A DNA stretch of 63,556 bases, the filler included, from Choristocarpus tenellus KU-1152 (Eukaryota > Protista > Phaeophyceae), in the NCBI GenBank assembly GCA_964200185.2. It is 9 parts of 9 records of this genome, joined end to end, with 100 filler letters (N's around TTAATTAATTAA, not from the genome) between each part and the next. Parts side by side here need not be neighbours in the genome. Positions count along the whole stretch, not along the records: positions 55,906 to 60,741 come from CAXNAD020012872.1; positions 60,842 to 63,556 come from CAXNAD020025368.1; 7 more parts are not named here. The stretch is one strand, 5' to 3'. A program made the position numbers and the translations under genes. Positions 60,003 to 63,556 of this stretch are shown here, one piece after another. The first letter of the stretch is position 1. Each line of letters begins with the position of its first letter. Under the pieces are notes generated by a model. It was not told where the DNA came from. It was given only the letters and a program-made list of their open reading frames with translations, and made no database searches.

Positions 60003-60447
60003 TCAAGGGCAATACAATGTTGGAAGTCACGATATATGTACCAGTAGAATCATTATGTACTCGAAGGGTGCGTGTATGCTGTGTGGGATTGAATTTATGT
60101 GTAGGGAACAATGTGATGTTCAAGACTGGGACAGTAGAAAAAATATTAGGACATGAAGGATGGAAAGGGGTCTATGTGCATGAGAGAGCAGATTTTGTTG
60201 GAGAGAGGGTGCAGTGCCGTGTTGAAAGGTGTAGAAGGGGGAGGCCTTGATGCTTCATCAATTCTTGTAATTGTGAAAAGAAGGTAGGATGGAGGGATGG
60301 AGGATGATACATTAATTTATCATTTGATACATTCGTAAGATTGCGAGGAAATGCTTGAGGTGGTGAAGGCGTTTTTTTATCGGTTCATGGATACCGTGAA
60401 GGATGAAGTGTGATGTTGTCAGTTACGATAGTGGTAAAGATGTTTCT

Positions 60448-60623
60448 GACTCAAAGTATCTGGAGGGGAGGGGGAGGGTCTACATCATGGTGTCCAATCG
60501 GATCATGACCAGAGAAGTGAATTTACATTATCTATCCGACGCATGCAACCAAAATATCAAAAAATCAACATGAAAAATGTCCCCCGAATGGACAGACGCC
60601 ATTCCCCCCATATACTTTGAGCC
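60448..60623. mobile_element. 176-bp MITE of the CAAAGTATCT family, TSD TCT
   Basis: Sequence reads tct|gactcaaagtatctggaggg...cccccatatactttgagcc|tct. It shares atccgacgcatgcaaccaaa and catgraaaatg with 59823-60002. Confidence 0.85.
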
Positions 60624-61047
60624 TCTCTCATCGCTGGGTCAAAATATCTGGGGGGGGGGGGGGGTTTTTTGGGGGGGTTTCTTTTTCGGTAAAAAAACTT
60701 TTTTTTTTTTTTTTATTTTAAATATGAATAATTTTTAGATANNNNNNNNNNNNNNNNNNNNNNNNNNNNNNNNNNNNNNNNNNNNTTAATTAATTAANNN
60801 NNNNNNNNNNNNNNNNNNNNNNNNNNNNNNNNNNNNNNNNNGGAGCGAACGGCAGAGTGGCGAGGGGGTGGGGGGGGGGGGGGGGGGGGGTGGGTTGGTA
60901 ATGGCGTAGAAGAAGGTCCGGATTGTAATGTCACACCATGCAGTCCGGATAGGCCATGTTAAAAGAATAAAAAAGATGGCAAGAAAACAAGGCAGGTCGG
61001 GATTGAAGCGAAGACCCCTCCGGCTGAGGGACGAGTGCAAGACTCAC

Positions 61048-62253
61048 CAAGGAAGGAAGCCATCACGCAGAGACGCTTGCACAGCCTGATGAACCGAAGT
61101 GTGACATAGCCGTCCATACCTACCTATGATCCATGACCAAGAGAAGGAGAGGTTCTGCACATGAGGATTGGAGAGGCATTTCCATTTAATATTGACTCTC
61201 TGGTCAGGCCAGGGTTCCAGTGCACAACTGCTCCCCTGCCATTCCCATGTGGGGGACCTGGGCCTGAATCAAGCTATGCCAGGCGTGATGGTGAATGACC
61301 CACTTTCCAACCTCAAGGACCTCCCCACACCCCGTATGACTCCAATCTGTACGTAAGGCTTGCCCAAACCATGTTGCCAAGGGATTAAGTAGCAACCTGC
61401 TCGTAAACTTTGTAGCATAGGTGTTACCTAATGCAGGAAAACCTTGTAGAAGTAGAGTAAGAAAGAAGAAGACCAAATTATATCTCAAGAAATCGTTGTA
61501 GAATTTCAGCAATTTCCCACCTCAGCGACCCCAATGCTTACCTGCTCATAAAAATCTTCTTCCGATACTTTGATGGTCGCTGGTATCCACATCAGGAAGC
61601 CTCGAGGGAACCTAATCATCTTCATCCTTTTCAGTCGATCATTCAGCTTTCTGTACCGCCTGCGAGTCGCCAGCCAAAAGTACAATGAATGAGAACGTGA
61701 TGTGTAATGTTGGGTAGTACATCACAAGTCCTGATCTAATTCAAGACAAGCAGATAAGAATTCGGGCCTGGAGGCAATATCAGGACCACATTACTGTTGA
61801 AAGGTAAGGAAGCGACAACATTGGACTATCAGAGAGAATTTGGAGTAACATTTCATGAGTACCATTCAATCCTTAAACTGAACCCCTTCCGAGTACCAGC
61901 ACCTTTGGCAGGATCGGTACAAAGGGATAGTTCCTCTGGCATTCATTGGACGATGATGAAATTAATTCATTGCACAGGCAACACTTCAGATGGTACTCTT
62001 GTTCTTAGAGCATCACAAAAGCAACAGGACGACAAACTACTACGATCAATATGGCAGCATTGCTGCAATCAAGATGCATTGAGTCCACTCACAGGCTATG
62101 TCGCTGGCGGTAGATGGACCTGCACATGCGATTGTTTGAACCTCGACAGACTTCAAACAGGATCAACATGACTCCTCCAGCCACCAGGCTTGCGAACAAG
62201 GTGACCCGGACATCGCCCCAACTATCGGTCAAGATGGATACTTCAGAAGACAT
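61048..62253 (-). CDS. OSCA/CSC1 (ERD4/TMEM63-like) calcium-permeable stress-gated channel, 5' partial
   Basis: Phase-consistent exons 62253-62093, 61659-61542 and 61123-61048. They encode M...LVAGGVMLILFEVCR...IYRQR / ...GFLMWIPATIKVSEEDFYEQ / VGMDGYVTLRFIRLC, the hallmark N-terminal (RSN1_TM) motifs of OSCA/CSC1. The ORF track missed this gene. Confidence 0.85.
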
Positions 62254-62812
62254 AATCCTCGGCAGTAGCAGCCCACCGTGTCGGAGGAGACTTAGAGAGA
62301 GAAAAGGAAGTACGGACTTGACTTAGAGAGTCTCCGCTGGAGCCCAGCAGAGCAAGCTCCCTTTCACCACAGAAATTGGTCCAGTAGACCTGTCAAAATA
62401 GATCACATTGCCGTGTATAGCAACGTTGAAGCCTGTCGGCGGAAGTTGATATCAGTCAGAAAAACGCTGCTGAATGGCACAGACACCAACCTCTTAGTTG
62501 GTGTGGAAAACTGCTACCTTCTCGGTACAAAGTGATATGCTTCGATGGAAAAACTTTGAACTTGACCTCTTCATGATCCATCGTACGAAAAGACAGTGGT
62601 TAAGACACTTCTTCATTCCTTTATTGTTGGGGTTCGTACCCTGAGCAAGATCAGAATTCCAGGAAAATTGTCTTCCACATAGATTGGTGATAATTTAATT
62701 TATTAGTTGATTGTGCATGGACCTGTTCTGTTAACTTTTGCGTTCATTTCATGTTTGTTGTGGGTTGTATGTACTTCTAGTGTATAGTTTTGGCAATCGC
62801 CTCTAGGATCAG

Positions 62813-63131
62813 ACCAGTCTTGATTTTTTTGAAAGATTTGACCAGCGAGTAAACAATGATCAGCATATCGAATGAAAGCTCTTGATCTAAGTTATATATA
62901 TCGATTTCCCGAAATAAATTATTTCGCAAAATTATTTTGATAAGGTTAAATTTTAACCGAATATTTTCGATACAATCTTGAAAATGATTCGGAATGAATT
63001 ATCACGATCAAAAATATTTTTCCGGAAGAATTTCTTTGCGGAAATCGATAGCCTAGATCAAGAGCTTTCATTTGATATGCTGATCGTCGATTAACTCGTT
63101 GGCCAACCTTTTCAACAAAATCAAGATTGGT
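62813..63131. mobile_element. ~320-bp foldback element with ~125-bp imperfect inverted arms
   Basis: Left arm accagtcttgatttt...gatcagcatatcgaatgaaagctcttgatcta...atcgatttcc pairs with right arm ggaaatcgat...tagatcaagagctttcatttgatatgctgatc...aaaatcaagattggt. Confidence 0.85.
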
Positions 63132-63556
63132 AACTGCCAAAACGGTACGTGGACGGACCTCGGCTCAATACTGTTTAAGCCACTCACAGGAAACTGTGAC
63201 GCACAATGGCCTCCGACTTGTCAACTGATGACGTTGACGTTGTGGTGCGGTCACTCCGTGATGGATTTGAGTTCGTCCAGTACCCCCAGGAGAACAGGGG
63301 CAAGGGATATCGAGGATTTCCGCTCGTCCACAAGGCTAGAAGGGGGAGTACATTGGACAGGTTAAGGGGATGAGACAGATTTTGCAAGAGAGAGGTTTGT
63401 TTATCCCAGGGATGACAAAGGACAAGGGTAAGGAATAAGAGCATGAGCATGGCGTATGTTATTGGGGAGCAGCCGGATTTCATGGTGGTAGAACTGAGTC
63501 TTCAGATTCTGGTTGAGCGTCTTGGAGGGCACTGCTTGATGGTTCCAAAGTACCAC

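Noticed and set aside
63254-63335. Possible terminal exon on the minus strand (LVDERKSSISLAPVLLGVLDELKSITE*)
   Set aside because: There is only an AG acceptor and a short open frame, with no motif or upstream exon in the window.

Overview
This is eukaryotic, intron-rich DNA, most likely from a photosynthetic stramenopile such as a brown alga. That assignment is inferred from GT-AG introns with C/A-rich acceptors, an ASAFAP-like plastid presequence and (TTAGGG)n tracts. The window is not one locus: nine small contigs are joined by artificial 100-bp spacers (N44-TTAATTAATTAA-N44). Manual splicing recovers a complete 11-exon, 482-aa alanine/glutamate:glyoxylate aminotransferase ending in the peroxisomal signal SRL, and an apparently complete ~210-aa disordered protein whose C-terminal FCS-type zinc finger only forms after splicing. 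It also recovers partial genes for an ABCD transporter, a WDR81-like protein, a TBL2-like protein, a large USP-like deubiquitinase (one GC-AG intron), a TPX2-like protein, a cNMP-binding protein, a TL29/APX4-like pseudo-peroxidase and an OSCA/CSC1 channel. Non-genic DNA holds at least two non-autonomous DNA transposon families. One has GRSYCAAAGTATCT-polyG ends, variable 3-bp TSDs and nine copies. The other has GAGAGGTAGGCAGG ends and an AATT TSD, and may be linked to a 5.4-kb decayed cargo-bearing element. There are also foldback elements and minisatellites. I found no rRNA, tRNA, CRISPR array or intact transposase, and no complete novel system that I can support.
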